Numbered from the stretch's first letter, positions 19,390 to 33,860 are shown. The stretch: 64,000 nucleotides of DNA from the human T2T-CHM13v2.0 reference genome, Homo sapiens (GCF_009914755.1 NC_060929.1); one strand, 5' to 3'. Program-made: numbers and translations. The notes: a model not told the origin generated them from the letters alone.

Positions 19390-20050
19390 GGAAACAACAA
19401 TTTCAGAATGAGCTATCAAGCCACAGAAATACATGGAGGAAACTTAAATACATATTGCTAAGTGAAATAGGTAAATCTGAAAATCATATTGTTATTCCAA
19501 ATATATGACATTCTGGAAAAGGCAAAACTGTGGAGACAGTAAAAAGATCAATGGTTGCCAGGGACTGTGGAGCCAGGGTAGGGGGAGGTGGGAAGGTGAA
19601 AAAGAAATGAATAGGTGGAGCATAGGAGATTTTCAGGGCTGTGAAACCATTCTGGATGATACTATGTCATTACACATTTGTCAAAACCCACAAAACATAT
19701 AATAAAAAGAGTGAACCCTCATGTAAAAACTATGAACTTTAGTTAACAAAACTATAGCTTGGGCCAGGCGTGGTGGCTCTATCTGTAATCTCAGCACTTT
19801 GGGAGGTTGAGGTAGGAGGATTGCTTGAGCTCAGGAGTTAGAGCCCAGCCTGGTAAACAGAGCAAGATCCCAGGGTCTCTTAAAAAATACTATGGTAATA
19901 TTGGCTCAGCAATTACAACAAATATACCACATGAATCCAGCATGTCAACAAAAGGGGGAATTGGAGGGACGGACAGAGAGGGAAGTAGGGTTATATGAGA
20001 ACTCTCTGTACTTTCCACTCTGTCAACCTAAAACTGCTTTTAAAAATTTC
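19390..20050 (+). mobile_element. L1MC-type 3' end
   Basis: gagctatcaagccacaga...catggaggaaacttaaa...ctggaaaaggcaaaactgtggagacagtaaaaagatca...aacctaaaactgct. Confidence 0.85.
19762..19886 (+). mobile_element. FLAM (Alu left monomer)
   Basis: Single left arm; TSD aaaa.actat. Confidence 0.8.
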
Positions 20051-20734
20051 ATTAATTTTAAATTTTTTAAATGTATTTTAAAAGAATATATAGATACAAT
20101 AAAACTATATAAAAACAAAGCTAAGAAATGATTAGCAATAACAAATAAATGACTTAACATTTTGTGTATCTGTTTTATTCAATTACAATTTATCTGTTAA
20201 CAGAATATGAAAGTAGAACTGAAATGCTTTTGTAGTGCGCAAAAGAATATGTTGGGCAGGTCTTGACTGGAGTAGAAGGGCATAATAATCCTCTTTGAAT
20301 TCTTTCTCTTCTACACCAAGAAATCACTGTGGAGATAATTCTTTTTACTAAAGGTAATCATTTTCAAGAAAACTTTCATCTTTTCCCCATTTAGAAAATT
20401 CCCTGATATCAGCTTGTCAAACAGCCAAAATGTTAACATCAAGTAAGTTAATTTCCTTTCTCTTTTAAGTCATCAGCCTCTTCTAACAGGTTCTTATATT
20501 TTTATCTTTGCATTTAACATGCTTTTTAGTAAGATAGAATATGCAATTTTATATTGTGAGAGAAAGCAAAACTAAAAAAAGAAAAAAAATTGTCTGGAAA
20601 ACAGTACATGAATAGCAGACTGCCACATGGAAATAACATTGCCCAGGTTGAATCCCATATGTGTGCAATTACTCTTCTAAGGAGATAACTCCAGCTAGTA
20701 TAAAACTGTTCCAATTAATAAAAAATAAACCAGG

Positions 20735-21050
20735 GGCTGGGTATGGTGGCTTGTGCCTGTAATTGCGGCATTTTGGGATTCCGAAGAGGGTGGATCACTT
20801 GAGCCCAGGAATTCGGGACCAGCCTAGACACATAGTGAGACCTCGTCTCTACAAAAAAATAAAAATTAACTGAGCATGGTGGCACACGCCTCTGATCCTA
20901 GCTACTTGGGAGGCTGAGTTGGCAGGAGGATCGCTTGAGCCTAGGAGGTCAAGGCTGAAGTGAGCCATGATTGTGCCACTGCACTACAGCCTGAGCAACA
21001 GAGCAAGACCCTGTCTCAAAAAAGTAAGAAGAAAAAAAGAGAGAAAGAAA
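20735..21050 (+). mobile_element. AluJ
   Basis: Sense J-type Alu with a purine-rich tail. Confidence 0.92.
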
Positions 21051-21062
21051 AAGAGAATGAGT

Positions 21063-21122
21063 GGAAGGAAGGAAGGAAGGAAGGAAGGAAGGAAGGAAGG
21101 AAGGAAGGAAGGAAGGAAGGAA
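21063..21122 (+). repeat. (GGAA)15 microsatellite
   Basis: 60 bp of uninterrupted GGAA. Confidence 0.97.
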
Positions 21123-21382
21123 TCATGTAGGTACTATAATTTCAGGTTCTCACATACTATCCTTTATGAATGAAGGTTACAAGAAGCTTATCAAGGATAA
21201 TTAATTAAAGTAAAGCAAGACTATTTTAAAGTTCAAAGGTTTTGTATGATACATTAAGCATATGTTCATATATTTGAACTTTACTCTTAAAGCAACATCT
21301 ACTCTTAAAGCAACATCATTAGTACATTTTGTCCTCCTGCCTGGCTCATTATCATATTCTAAATAAAGTCAAACTCCTTATC

Positions 21383-21701
<319 letters not shown>

Positions 21702-22493
21702 CTAGTGCCTCTTTTTGCAGGTCCAGCATCATCTGGGCCCACATGCACCCTTCCTCTAGCCCTGAACTCATTCTCTAGTTCCCTAAAGGCATCAGCCTCT
21801 CATATCTTCCTGATTTTATACATGTTATTCTTCTACACACAGAGAATTTCAACTTTCCCTCCATTCTTGGGTAATTCCTCTCAAGCATCTGCTCTTTTAG
21901 GAATCCTTTCTGGACCCACACAGGTTAAGTCAAATTTCCTCCACTAGATCTATCTCTGTGATAATACTTCTAAACTGCGCAACTTCCTCTTCGCACAAGG
22001 GTAATGCTGGAGCCGGAAGCTGTGGTGGCAGTTTCTTGATTCAGCAGCTTCCTGACTAGAGATAGAGCCAGAGCAGAAGATGGGCAGAGTCTGCATGTGG
22101 CTGCAGGACCTCTGTCAGAGAATGAAACACTCATCGCATGGTAAGGCTGGTCTGAGAGCAAGGTCAAGATAAAGAGCCATATCCTAAAAAAAAAGAGAAG
22201 CAGCCAAAAGCTGTTTGGGTGTACGGGAGGTGAGCTTGGGAATACCTCAGTGGCGAAGGGATGTCAGAGGTAGTATGAGGTGAAAAGAGCTGTTGGAATA
22301 CATAACAGTGCTAAATTGCTGGATTGTCTTCCACCATTCTTCATCACCATCCCAACAGCTTAAGGATAGAGATTTCTATCACGAAATCCCTACTACCTAC
22401 TATAGCCACTCAATAGGTGGACAGCAAAAATCTGTTTCATTGAATTGATCCTATTAACTCTCCCTTAAAGACCATTCTTTAGAACTTCTTACA

Positions 22494-22969
<476 letters not shown>

Positions 22970-23050
22970 TTAGGAGAAACACCACTGTCTGAATCATCTC
23001 TGAAGATTTCACAGGGCTTTCTGTTCAGTGGAAACACCACAGATTTTTTC

Positions 23051-23227
23051 TTCTTTTTATTATACTTTAAGTTCTAGGGTACATGTGCACAACGTGCGGG
23101 TTTGTTACATAGGTATACATGTGCCACGTTGGTTTGCTGCACCCATCAACTCGTCATTTACATTAGGTATTTCTCCTAATGCTATCCCTTCCCCAGCCCC
23201 GCACCTCCCCCCAGCAGGCCCTGGGGC
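23051..23227 (-). mobile_element. 5'-truncated L1PA 3' end (L1PA5-7-like)
   Basis: ttattatactttaagttctagggtacatgtgcacaacgtg...; 17-bp TSD acaccacagattttttc at 23034 and 23228. Confidence 0.95.
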
Positions 23228-23245
23228 ACACCACAGATTTTTTCA

Positions 23246-23611
<366 letters not shown>

Positions 23612-24162
23612 TTAGGTGGCTGCTGTGCATTGCTCCTATTACCCACCATTTCTGATTTGCTTTAGTCTTCATTCTTGCATAATGGGTAGGTTAACTTAGA
23701 AAGAAAAAAGAAGCTTATGTAGAACCAAAAGTCTAGTCCAATGTTTTTAAAGGAAAAGCAAATGACATGAATATATAATCATCTACTGAAGTTACTTTAA
23801 AAAGCAATGAAGCCAACATGCTTTCTACAGTGCAAGATAGATTTTTGTTTTAACCTAGTTATCATGGTTGCCAAGTATTACTTTAACTATGTAGCTTCGA
23901 TTTGTCATATGTTTTGGAAATGAAATTAGAAATCTGTGTACCACTTACACCCTGATCCTCTGATTGAAGTGTGACTCATTATAACCAAGAACTGATGGGT
24001 AAAAAAAAAAATCTTCTAAGTTTGCTGTGTGCCAGAATGGGAAATATGTGTATGTGTGTGCTCATATATTTATAATTATCGCTTATCATTTATTTATGTT
24101 TATTTTAGAATTGACAAAGAGTAAAGGAGAATTTGCTGAAATACTTATTTAAAGTCTAGTAC

Positions 24163-24445
24163 TAAGCTGTCGGGTACCATAGTCACTAGCTACACATTGC
24201 TACTGAGCACCTGAAACATGGCTATTCTGAATTGAGATGTGCTGTAAGTATAAAAAATTCTGAATTTGAAGTCTTAGTTTAAAAAATGTAAAATATATCA
24301 TTAATACATTTTATATTAATTGCATGTTGAAATGACAATATTTTAAATAAATTATATTATTAAAATTACATTTTTTTAATGTAGTGACTTGAAAATTTAA
24401 AATTACATATGTGGCTTGAGTTATATTTCTGTAGGACAGCATTGG
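24163..24445. mobile_element. MER33 (hAT-Charlie)
   Basis: gctactgagcacctgaaacatggcta...aattgagatgtgctgtaagt...aaattacatatgtggct...ggacagcattg. Confidence 0.85.
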
Positions 24446-24497
24446 TCTATTGTATGCCATAATTTAGTTACTTTTACTATAAAAAGATTGCGAGAGA

Positions 24498-25040
<543 letters not shown>

Positions 25041-25428
25041 ATTCTCTTTTTACTAAGGGACTTTGTCTTTCCACTGTCTTTCGTCTTCAGAGAATGGCAC
25101 CATATGCTACCAGAAATTCTATTACCACCCACAAATGAGAGGACTACCAGCTTGTTACTTCAAAATAATGTCACATTTGCTTTTTTGCCCAAGTGGAAAT
25201 AACACAGTAAGTCCCCATTTGCTAAATTATCAGGAATTCCAGTCTTTTCCCATGGTTTCCCTCCCCTGTATAATCATAAACAAAAATCCCAGGCTTGTTT
25301 GCTAATGCCTGAGAATTGATGCCTTTGTCTTTATGGCTTGACAATGGAGTGGAAACTCAGATACACTCTTGAGGCTAGAGGGTCACCTCAAAGATAGTCT
25401 AGAGAAGAGTTGGGTCTGTGACAGTGGC

Positions 25429-26037
25429 TGTGTTTTCTATTGCTGTGTGACAAATTAATATAAACTTAGTGGGCTGAAACAACATCCATTTATTAGTTCA
25501 TACTCTCTGTTGGTCAGAAGTTCAGCACAGCATGGCCAGGTTCTCTGCTCACGGTATCAGGCTGAAATCAAGGTGTTTGCAAGTCAGAGTTCTCATCTGG
25601 AGGCCTGGGGGAGAATCTGCTCCCAAGCTCTTTCTGTTGTTGGTAGAATTCAGTTCCTTGAGGGTATAGGACTGAGGTTCTGTTTCCTTACTAGCTGTCA
25701 GCCAAGGGCCACTTTCTGCTCCTAGAGCCTACTTGCATTCTTTGCCATGTGGGCCCACCCCCATCTTCAAGTCAGCAACAAGCATCACGTTCTTTTCATT
25801 CTTTGAATCTTTCTGACTTCTCTTTCTGCCATCAGCCAGAGAAAACTCTTCACTTTCAAAGGCTCATGTAATTAGACCAGGCCCACTCAGATAATCTCCT
25901 TATGTTAAGGTCAACTATGACACACAACCTAACATAATCATAGGAATGCTATCTCATCCTATTCATAGGTTCTGGAGATTAGGACCCAGAGTACTGGGGT
26001 AAAGGGGTGGTGCATTTTTAGCAATCTGTCCATCACA
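25429..26037 (-). mobile_element. MaLR solo LTR (MLT1E/F-like)
   Basis: ttttctattgctgtgtgacaaatta...ctgaaatcaaggtg...gttggtagaattcagttcctt...ggcccactcagataatctcc. Confidence 0.85.
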
Positions 26038-26265
26038 GTCCTGGGGATTATGTAGGGCATGTACACCAACACAGTGACAGTGGCAGGGAACATAGCATCA
26101 GAACACTCCCAGCTACCCAGCCCAGCTAGTGGTGGGGTCAAAAGCAAGAGCTGAATCACTATGAGGCAGTAACACTTGCTGGGGGAGGAGTGTAGATGGG
26201 TGTGAAGAATCCTGGTTTGCCATCGTCCAACTTCACTTCCAATTTTTACTCACCATGAACTTTCT

Positions 26266-26410
26266 TTTTTAAAAAAATTATTATTATTTTAGTAGAGAAG
26301 TGTTTTCACCATGTTGGCCAGGCCGGTCTCAAACTCCTGATCTCAAGTGATCTGTCTGCCTCGGCCTCCCAAAATGCTGGGATTAGAGGTATGAGCCACC
26401 GTGCCCGGCC
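26266..26410 (-). mobile_element. Alu left monomer (FLAM_C-like)
   Basis: Single arm; TSD atgaactttcttt. Confidence 0.85.
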
Positions 26411-26458
26411 TCATGATGAACTTTCTTTATGAAAGCAACATGTATATCTCTGTGCTAG

Positions 26459-26831
<373 letters not shown>

Positions 26832-27329
26832 TGAGACCATCTAACAAGATATTCCGTTTCTCCTCTTCCTGGATTCCTGGTGAACCAAAGAGATGGGAGA
26901 CCCCCTGGTGCTTGCTGAATGGCTTCCTAACACACACTGGTGCTAGTTCTGCTCGTTCTTCCGTGCTAAGGGGCTTCCTCAAGATACGGGGAGAAGTATC
27001 CTCTCCTCTGCAGCCCTGGTGCTGAGTCTTAATTGCCAGCAGAGTCCACTCCCTCTTGTTATCTGCCTTTTGGACTTCATCTTTCCCCACTCTTGTATGC
27101 CAGCCTGCCAATACTCAACTCAAGATCCATTGTGGTTCTTGCTTTCCCTGGGAACACACCTTTAAGATGTCAGTTTCTGAACTTTTGCTCACTAAGCTTT
27201 GTGCTTCCTAAATTAGTGCCACATCCCCTTTCTCTTTATTGTTTTTTTTTCTGTGTGAAATCTACCACAAGCTTTATCACCATTATTGTTTACTTGTTAA
27301 GTCTCTTTTAGCTGACTCATATTTTTAAC

Positions 27330-27719
27330 TTTAACAAACATATAAAGGAAACTTGTATTACTACCATATATGTAAAATTGGTATTACTTGCCATATATAG
27401 ATGTTAGCTGTTTAAAAAAAAGAAAAAGGAGTTCTTGGTTACTTAGTCTGTAACTTGACATAGCAGAGTGACCCCAAAGGCTCCCTTCCTCTTATCTTGT
27501 TGTCCCCAGAGGCATTTTGTTACAATTCCTAACTTTTTTTTTTGAGGTGAGGGGCTGCAATGCAATTGGATCACAGGCTATGTATTGAAGCTAGCCAAGC
27601 TGCATGTACCCTAATTTACCTCTCTCCATCCTTCCACTTCCCATCCCCAGTGAAGTGTATCACCTAAAATCATCTCCCACACCACGAGAGGTGTGCAATA
27701 CATAGTTTGGGAAACACTG
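27330..27719. mobile_element. hAT-Charlie-type DNA transposon fragment
   Basis: Ends in the Charlie-like terminus catagtttgggaaacactg; internal part diverged. Confidence 0.45.
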
Positions 27720-28660
27720 ATCTGACTACCTTCTTCACAGAGACCCACCTCGAATTCCTTTCCCTTTGAAAAAACTTTTCTAACTAATTCAGACCTCAGT
27801 GATCCCCTCAACCACATTCATAAAGCTACTGTGTCTATTTATTCAAATGTTGATGTGTGACATTTCATTAAAGACAAAGACCATGCTTTATACTGAATTT
27901 TTCCACAGCACTCGGTATGCTACCTGGCAAACAGCAGGCATTCAATGAATATTTGTGGTTTGATGAGCAGCAAGGGTCAGCCACAGGTAAGAGTGTAAAG
28001 CAAAGTTTGACTTAGCTTGCCTTCCTATCTTTGGCTGCTTCAGTCACAGAAAGGGCCACTGTCCATGATTATTCTGACAGTTGGTTATTTTCTCCTTTCT
28101 CAATAAATTCCACAATTCCTGATTTTTCTCAATCTTCCCAAATCACAATTCATGTGCCATATGTCTCATTACCTTATTGACTAATTAGCTAAGATATCTG
28201 GGGTTTGCCATTAGATTTTATGATGCTTGCCTGTACCTTATAATTTTTTTGGTATCTTCTATCACACTAAAAACAGACCATGTATACATAATATACACTC
28301 AATAGATATACTGTATGTTGTATACATAAACAAATACATGTTGAATAATTTGTTTCTTGGAGTATGCCTGTTATATCTTTAGGAAAAAAATACTAAATTC
28401 CAAAAGTAATTTATATAACATTGGTCAAGTGGATTTACTAAGTTTGCTATTAGTTAATGTTCACAGCACAAGTATAGAAAGCTTTGTAGTTCTGACTCAG
28501 AAAAATAACAATTAAATCTTCCCTCTGCCTTTCCTCTTTCTTTTGATTCACTTGACTCATTCAGATGTTCCTATAAAGAAGCAATTTAAGTCTCTATAGC
28601 TTTACACAGAACTGGTGGTTTCTTCTCTTGTATCCCAAGCAGTTAGTACATACATCTAGT

Positions 28661-28778
28661 TAGGAATGATCATCTAATTTATCAGCAGACCTAGACACAA
28701 CTGAGAATGAAAGAAGACACAAATAACTCTTAAGCCAGGACAAGAGATTCCTGATAAATCAGGAAATATGGTCATACT
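28661..28778. mobile_element. MER94/MER81-like hAT-Blackjack MITE
   Basis: taggaatgatcatctaatttatc...gagaatgaaag...gccaggacaa...aaatatggtcatacta with imperfect TIRs. Confidence 0.6.
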
Positions 28779-29059
28779 ACTTTGAATGTAGTTATCTATT
28801 AAATGTGTCTCTTGTCATTCAACTGTAAAGCTGTGTTAAGTTTGAGCCTTATTTCTCTTAGCTTCCTTTGTTGCCTGGAATTGTGTCTGGCACGTTGTGG
28901 TGGCAGAAGAAATGTTAGTGCCCCTTTAAAAATGTTCATTTATTTAAACATTATACTATATTGATGTAGAACTCATACCATCCCATTTGGGGCCTTTTAT
29001 GAGCCATTTTCTCAGTATTACAAATGTAGAACAATGAGCTTAATTATATGCTTGTGTAA

Positions 29060-29296
29060 TGATAATAACTAGCTTTTACCAGCACAGCCTGTTCCAAGGC
29101 TAAGGCTAACGATTTTACTTGAGTTCTCTTATATATTTCTCACAACAGACCTCACAGGTAGGTAATATTATTGGTCTTATTAAACTAGAAGAAAAGATAG
29201 GTTTAGAAAAAACTTTGTTTAGAGTCACCTAACTAATTATGCAGCAGAATTTGGATTTGAACTCCAGACTCTGACTCCGTACACCATGTCTCCTAA
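29060..29296 (-). mobile_element. MIR
   Basis: ctcacaacagacctcacaggtaggtaatattatt...ggatttgaactccagactctgactcc. Confidence 0.7.
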
Positions 29297-29302
29297 ATGT
29301 TA

Positions 29303-29970
<668 letters not shown>

Positions 29971-30584
29971 TTAATAGTATACTTTTAGGGAAAATCCATT
30001 TGCTTTAAAAATTTTAAGGAAAATTTATTTAAGTAAAAGATTGCAGAATCAGGCCAATGTGGCTGTTATATGAGCTCAAGGCTATTTAGCAGTTGGTTAG
30101 AACAACATGTTCCTTCCTGTTGTTTTTGGTGTAATGTTTCCACTTGTTATGGACTAATAGGAATGCAAAACAGTTTCTTCTGGACTATAATAGTTGCATT
30201 TACTTTTATCGGTATTTTCACTGTATATTATGTGAATAAATTATGAAGAGTGTCTATTTTTTACCCTTGTCCTTCTTTTGGAATAAGATTTTACTTGGTA
30301 ACAATTTTAAGGACAGTGCACAGATACATCATAATGACTCTAGAAAAATTTTATTTGGTATTATTGTAATTACAAACTACAGATTAACATTGATGAAACA
30401 CATTGTCAATTTTTTTATAAACAAAAGTCTATTTAATTTTATAAAAAATCAAATTGTAACATGTAATCTGTAGCTTTAAATTGTTTTAAATCATAAAGGA
30501 TAAATTAAATGTGTAAAGAGACTGCTATGAATATAACATTGAGCAAATAATTATGCACACATACTCTACAAAAAGTATCATCCA

Positions 30585-30889
30585 GACCAGACACCGTGGC
30601 TTACACCTGTAATCCCAGCACTTTGTGAGGCGAGGAGGGCGGATTGTGTGAGCCTGGGAGTTTCAGACCAGCCTGGGCAACATAGTGAGACCCTGTCTAC
30701 CAAAAACACAAAAATTAGCTAGGTGTAGTAGTGTGCGTTTGTAGTCCTAGCTCCTTGGGAGGCTGAGGTGGGAGGATCACTTGAGCCCGGAAGACAGAGG
30801 TTGCAGAGAGCCGAGATAGCACAGATTAGGCCACTGCACTCCAGCCTGGGTGACAAAGTGAGACCCTGTCTCAAAAAAAAAAAAAAAAA
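30585..30889 (+). mobile_element. AluJ
   Basis: Sense Alu; TSD aaaaagtRtcatYca. Confidence 0.92.
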
Positions 30890-31597
30890 GTGTCATTCAA
30901 CTGAATGGCATTGTGTCCTTAATTGACTTTTTTTTTTTTTTTAACTGATGAGAAGGGTGCATGAATAGCTATAGCAACTGAAATTAGATCATGGTATTCA
31001 ATCACGTAATGTTTTGTTACAAAATATGAAAAATCTGAAAATAAATGTTTACATAATGAATACTACCCTTTATAGGTAAATGATAGAAAATTTACTACTT
31101 AAGGCATTCACACAAGGTTACTACATTTGTAATTCAAAGGGAGGCTTACAAGCACATATATCAAGTTCGGGAATTTTCTGGTTTTTTTTTTTTGTTCTAG
31201 GAAATTTTTAGAATTAATAGTCTTTATGTAACCTTCCTCTACTCTATCATGTTATTCTCATTCAGTGAAATAGGATTGTAGCGTATCATTGGTCAAAAAA
31301 CTGCATTAAAAGTCAAGTAAATGGTCATCACTGTACTCACAGTAACTGGAAAATCAAAATGCTTATGGTATGATGTAGATAAAGATCTTATGGTTAACTG
31401 AAACAGAAACCAAGAGAAAATTTAAAATAAAAAAAATTGGTCATTTTTTGTTGCTTTAGTTTTTTTTAATCTCAGGGAATTTTTAAATTTTTCATTTATT
31501 CTAGGGACTTGGGATACATCAGTTGAACAAAACAGACAAAAATCCCAGCTTCTACTAGGGAAGGCAGACACTAAAAGCTAAACATATCAGATAAATA

Positions 31598-31893
31598 CAG
31601 GCATACCTCAGTATCCGAGGGGGATTGGCTCTAGGACCACGACCAGTACCAAAATCCTCTCAGGTCTCTAATATAAAATGATATAGTATTTGCACATAAC
31701 CCACATATATCCTCCTGTATAAATTATCTATAGATTACTTATAATACAATGTAAGTGCTATGTAAATAGCTGTTATATTGTATTGGTTTTTATTTGTATT
31801 TTTAAATTGTTGTGTTTTTTTTCCCAAATATTTTCCATCTGTGGTTGGTTGAATCCAGAAACGCAGAAGCCATGGATGCGGAGGGCTGACTCT
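31598..31893 (+). mobile_element. MER2 (TcMar-Tigger MITE)
   Basis: cctcagtatccgagggggattgg...gtatttgcacataacc...ggttggttgaatcc...catggatgcggagggctgac. Confidence 0.88.
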
Positions 31894-31969
31894 GAATTAT
31901 AAAGATTGTTACAAGGTGGGAAGTGTCATGGGATGAAAGGAAAAATAGTAAGGTAGGAAAGATGGAGAA

Positions 31970-32160
31970 TTTTTTTTTTTTTTGGAACACGTGTCACTCT
32001 GTCCAGCCCAAGCTGGAGTGCAGTGGCCTGATGATGGCTCACTGTAACGTAACTCCTGGCCTCAGCCTCCAGAGTACCTGGAACTATAGGTACACGCCAA
32101 CACACCAGGGTAATTTTTTTTTTTTTTTTTTGTAGAGACAGGGTCTCGCTATGTTGCCCA
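31970..32160 (-). mobile_element. Partial AluJ
   Basis: Antisense right arm plus part of the left arm. Confidence 0.8.
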
Positions 32161-32599
32161 CTCTGTTCTATTTTGAAGGTACAACCAACAAGCTTTCTTG
32201 ACAGATTGAAAGTGAAAATGAGAGTATGAGAGGAGTTATGGATGATATAAAGTTTTTGGCCTGAGTAACTAGAAATCCTCGCCATCAACCTAGAATGGGG
32301 AAGACCATACATTACTTACAGGTTCGAGAGCTTACTTCAGTGGCATTACGCTATCCTTTTGAACTTACGATAAAGTTTTGTAGGCATTTTGGTGGACTGC
32401 TGGCTGCTAGATAGGGCACTCATGTTTCTGATTTCTGAGATATGTAAAATACACACCCAAAGGAATCACAGAAGTCTAGTACATGTGTAATTTTCACGCA
32501 TTTCAAACCAGGTGGTTTAGCCAGCCTTAAACCAGTTAATGACTGATTGAACGATTCTGACTTTTACATGAAAAAGCAGTGGTCAGAGGATGGGCTCTC

Positions 32600-33860
32600 A
32601 ACCGCTACTGAGAGACCCCTCATCCCACAACCGCTCAGCACCCACCCACCCACCCTCGCCTGTGCGCGTCCACCGCCCCACAACGTGCGCAGACGTCGCT
32701 CCTCCGCACGGATGTCCGCGGCCCGGGCCGGGGTGGGAAGGGGCTCCCCCACGCTCCCGCCCAGGTTTGGTCGCCATCTTTCGGAGCGTCCTTTCCCGCG
32801 AGTGCTGCAGTCCCGGATCTCAGGCGTCCGTTAGCTACAGAGGCCAATTCCTAACCCGCGCGGCTCGAATCCCGGGGGTCCCATCGCCTGCCGGCCGATT
32901 CGCCCATGCCGGAGGTACGGCGGGGGCGGGGCCTGGCGGGGGGCGGGGCCAGCACTGCGGTCGCTGCAGCTGCGCAACGGCGCCCGCCCCTCCGGCCGCT
33001 CTAGGGGCGCGCGCCGCCTCTCGCTCCGCCCAACCCGCGCGCGAGCCTGGGCGGGGAGGGGGAGCCAGGAAGCTGCGAGCGCGCTGGGGAGCGCAGCTGC
33101 AGGCGTTGGGGCGGCAGGAGCCGCGGAGCCGGCGCTGAGAGGGGCTGCGGCCGGAGCGGGCGGCTGAGACAAAGGCGACGGTGAGTGCAATGCCAGCCCC
33201 AGTCGCGCGTCGGCCGCCACGCCTCGCCCTCTCGGTCCCTTGGGCGGGGTCCCGAAGCCCCGAACCCTCGTCCCTGAGGGCTCTGGGGTGAGCGCGGCCC
33301 GGCCTTGCCAGCCGCGCGCTGCGGGCTGTGGGCTGAGCCTGCGTCTTCCATTTCAGGTTTGGGCGAGGTCCTCATGCCCTAGGACCCTGCCTTTGGTTTT
33401 TCTTCTGTTTCCTCTGAGGAATGGTTACACGCTCAGTTCAGAATTCACGGCAGGCGGACAGCTGAGGCAGCCAACTGACCGCCTGATGTAAAATGGAAAG
33501 GCAGACCCCCCCCCTCCCCCCAACTTTTCACGTCTGGAAGTCGGGAGGGTGGTGCGAGGGGCGGGCGGGGAGGGCCCGGGGTCTCTAGGTGAGGGTTTCG
33601 GGGAGCAAAGACACCTGGCTCCGGAGCTCCGACTCTTCGCCTGAGGCGCCCGACGCGTTCAGTCCGCGGGTCCTGCCGCGGTTCGCCCCGGGCCCCGGGC
33701 TTGAAAGCCCTTGGCTACCTCGTCGCGGGAGCTGAGCTACTCTTACAGGTTGTTTTACCCAGTGCTTGCAGCTTTAAGTTGCGATTTTAGGCAACGGGTG
33801 TGGTAGGTAGCGGCTCCTTGATGCCGCATTAACAGCTGAAAAAGCGCCCCGATCCGCTGA
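32600..33860. promoter_or_regulatory. CpG-island promoter, probably bidirectional
   Basis: Abrupt GC/CpG-rich block in CpG-depleted DNA. Contains GC boxes GGGGCGGGGC (~32923, ~32940), CCAAT (~32844), an E2F site TTTCCCGCG (32792-32800) and a YY1-type CGCCATCTT (32772-32780). Confidence 0.93.
33050..33180 (+). other. CDC42SE2: Non-coding first exon (5'UTR) of a + strand gene, tentatively CDC42SE2 (SPEC2); TSS approximate
   Basis: GC-rich, ATG-free segment downstream of the GC boxes, ending in the consensus donor GACG|GTGAGT at 33180/33181. Gene identity rests on my recollection of the CDC42SE2 5'UTR and of an annotated start ~18.5 kb upstream (matching the donor at 14600). Not checked against a database. 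Confidence 0.62.

Larger units (their letters stand above)
31495..32305 (-). mobile_element. L2 fragments (interrupted by MER2 and a partial Alu)
   Basis: gggatacatcagttgaacaaaacagacaaaaatccc and attttgaaggtacaaccaacaag...gtttttggcctgagtaactag. Confidence 0.65.

Noticed and set aside
32547-33491. Arg/Gly/Pro/Ala-rich ORFs across the CpG island
   Set aside because: Expected from GC-rich DNA with few stop codons; no recognisable domain, and the + strand exon itself has no ATG.
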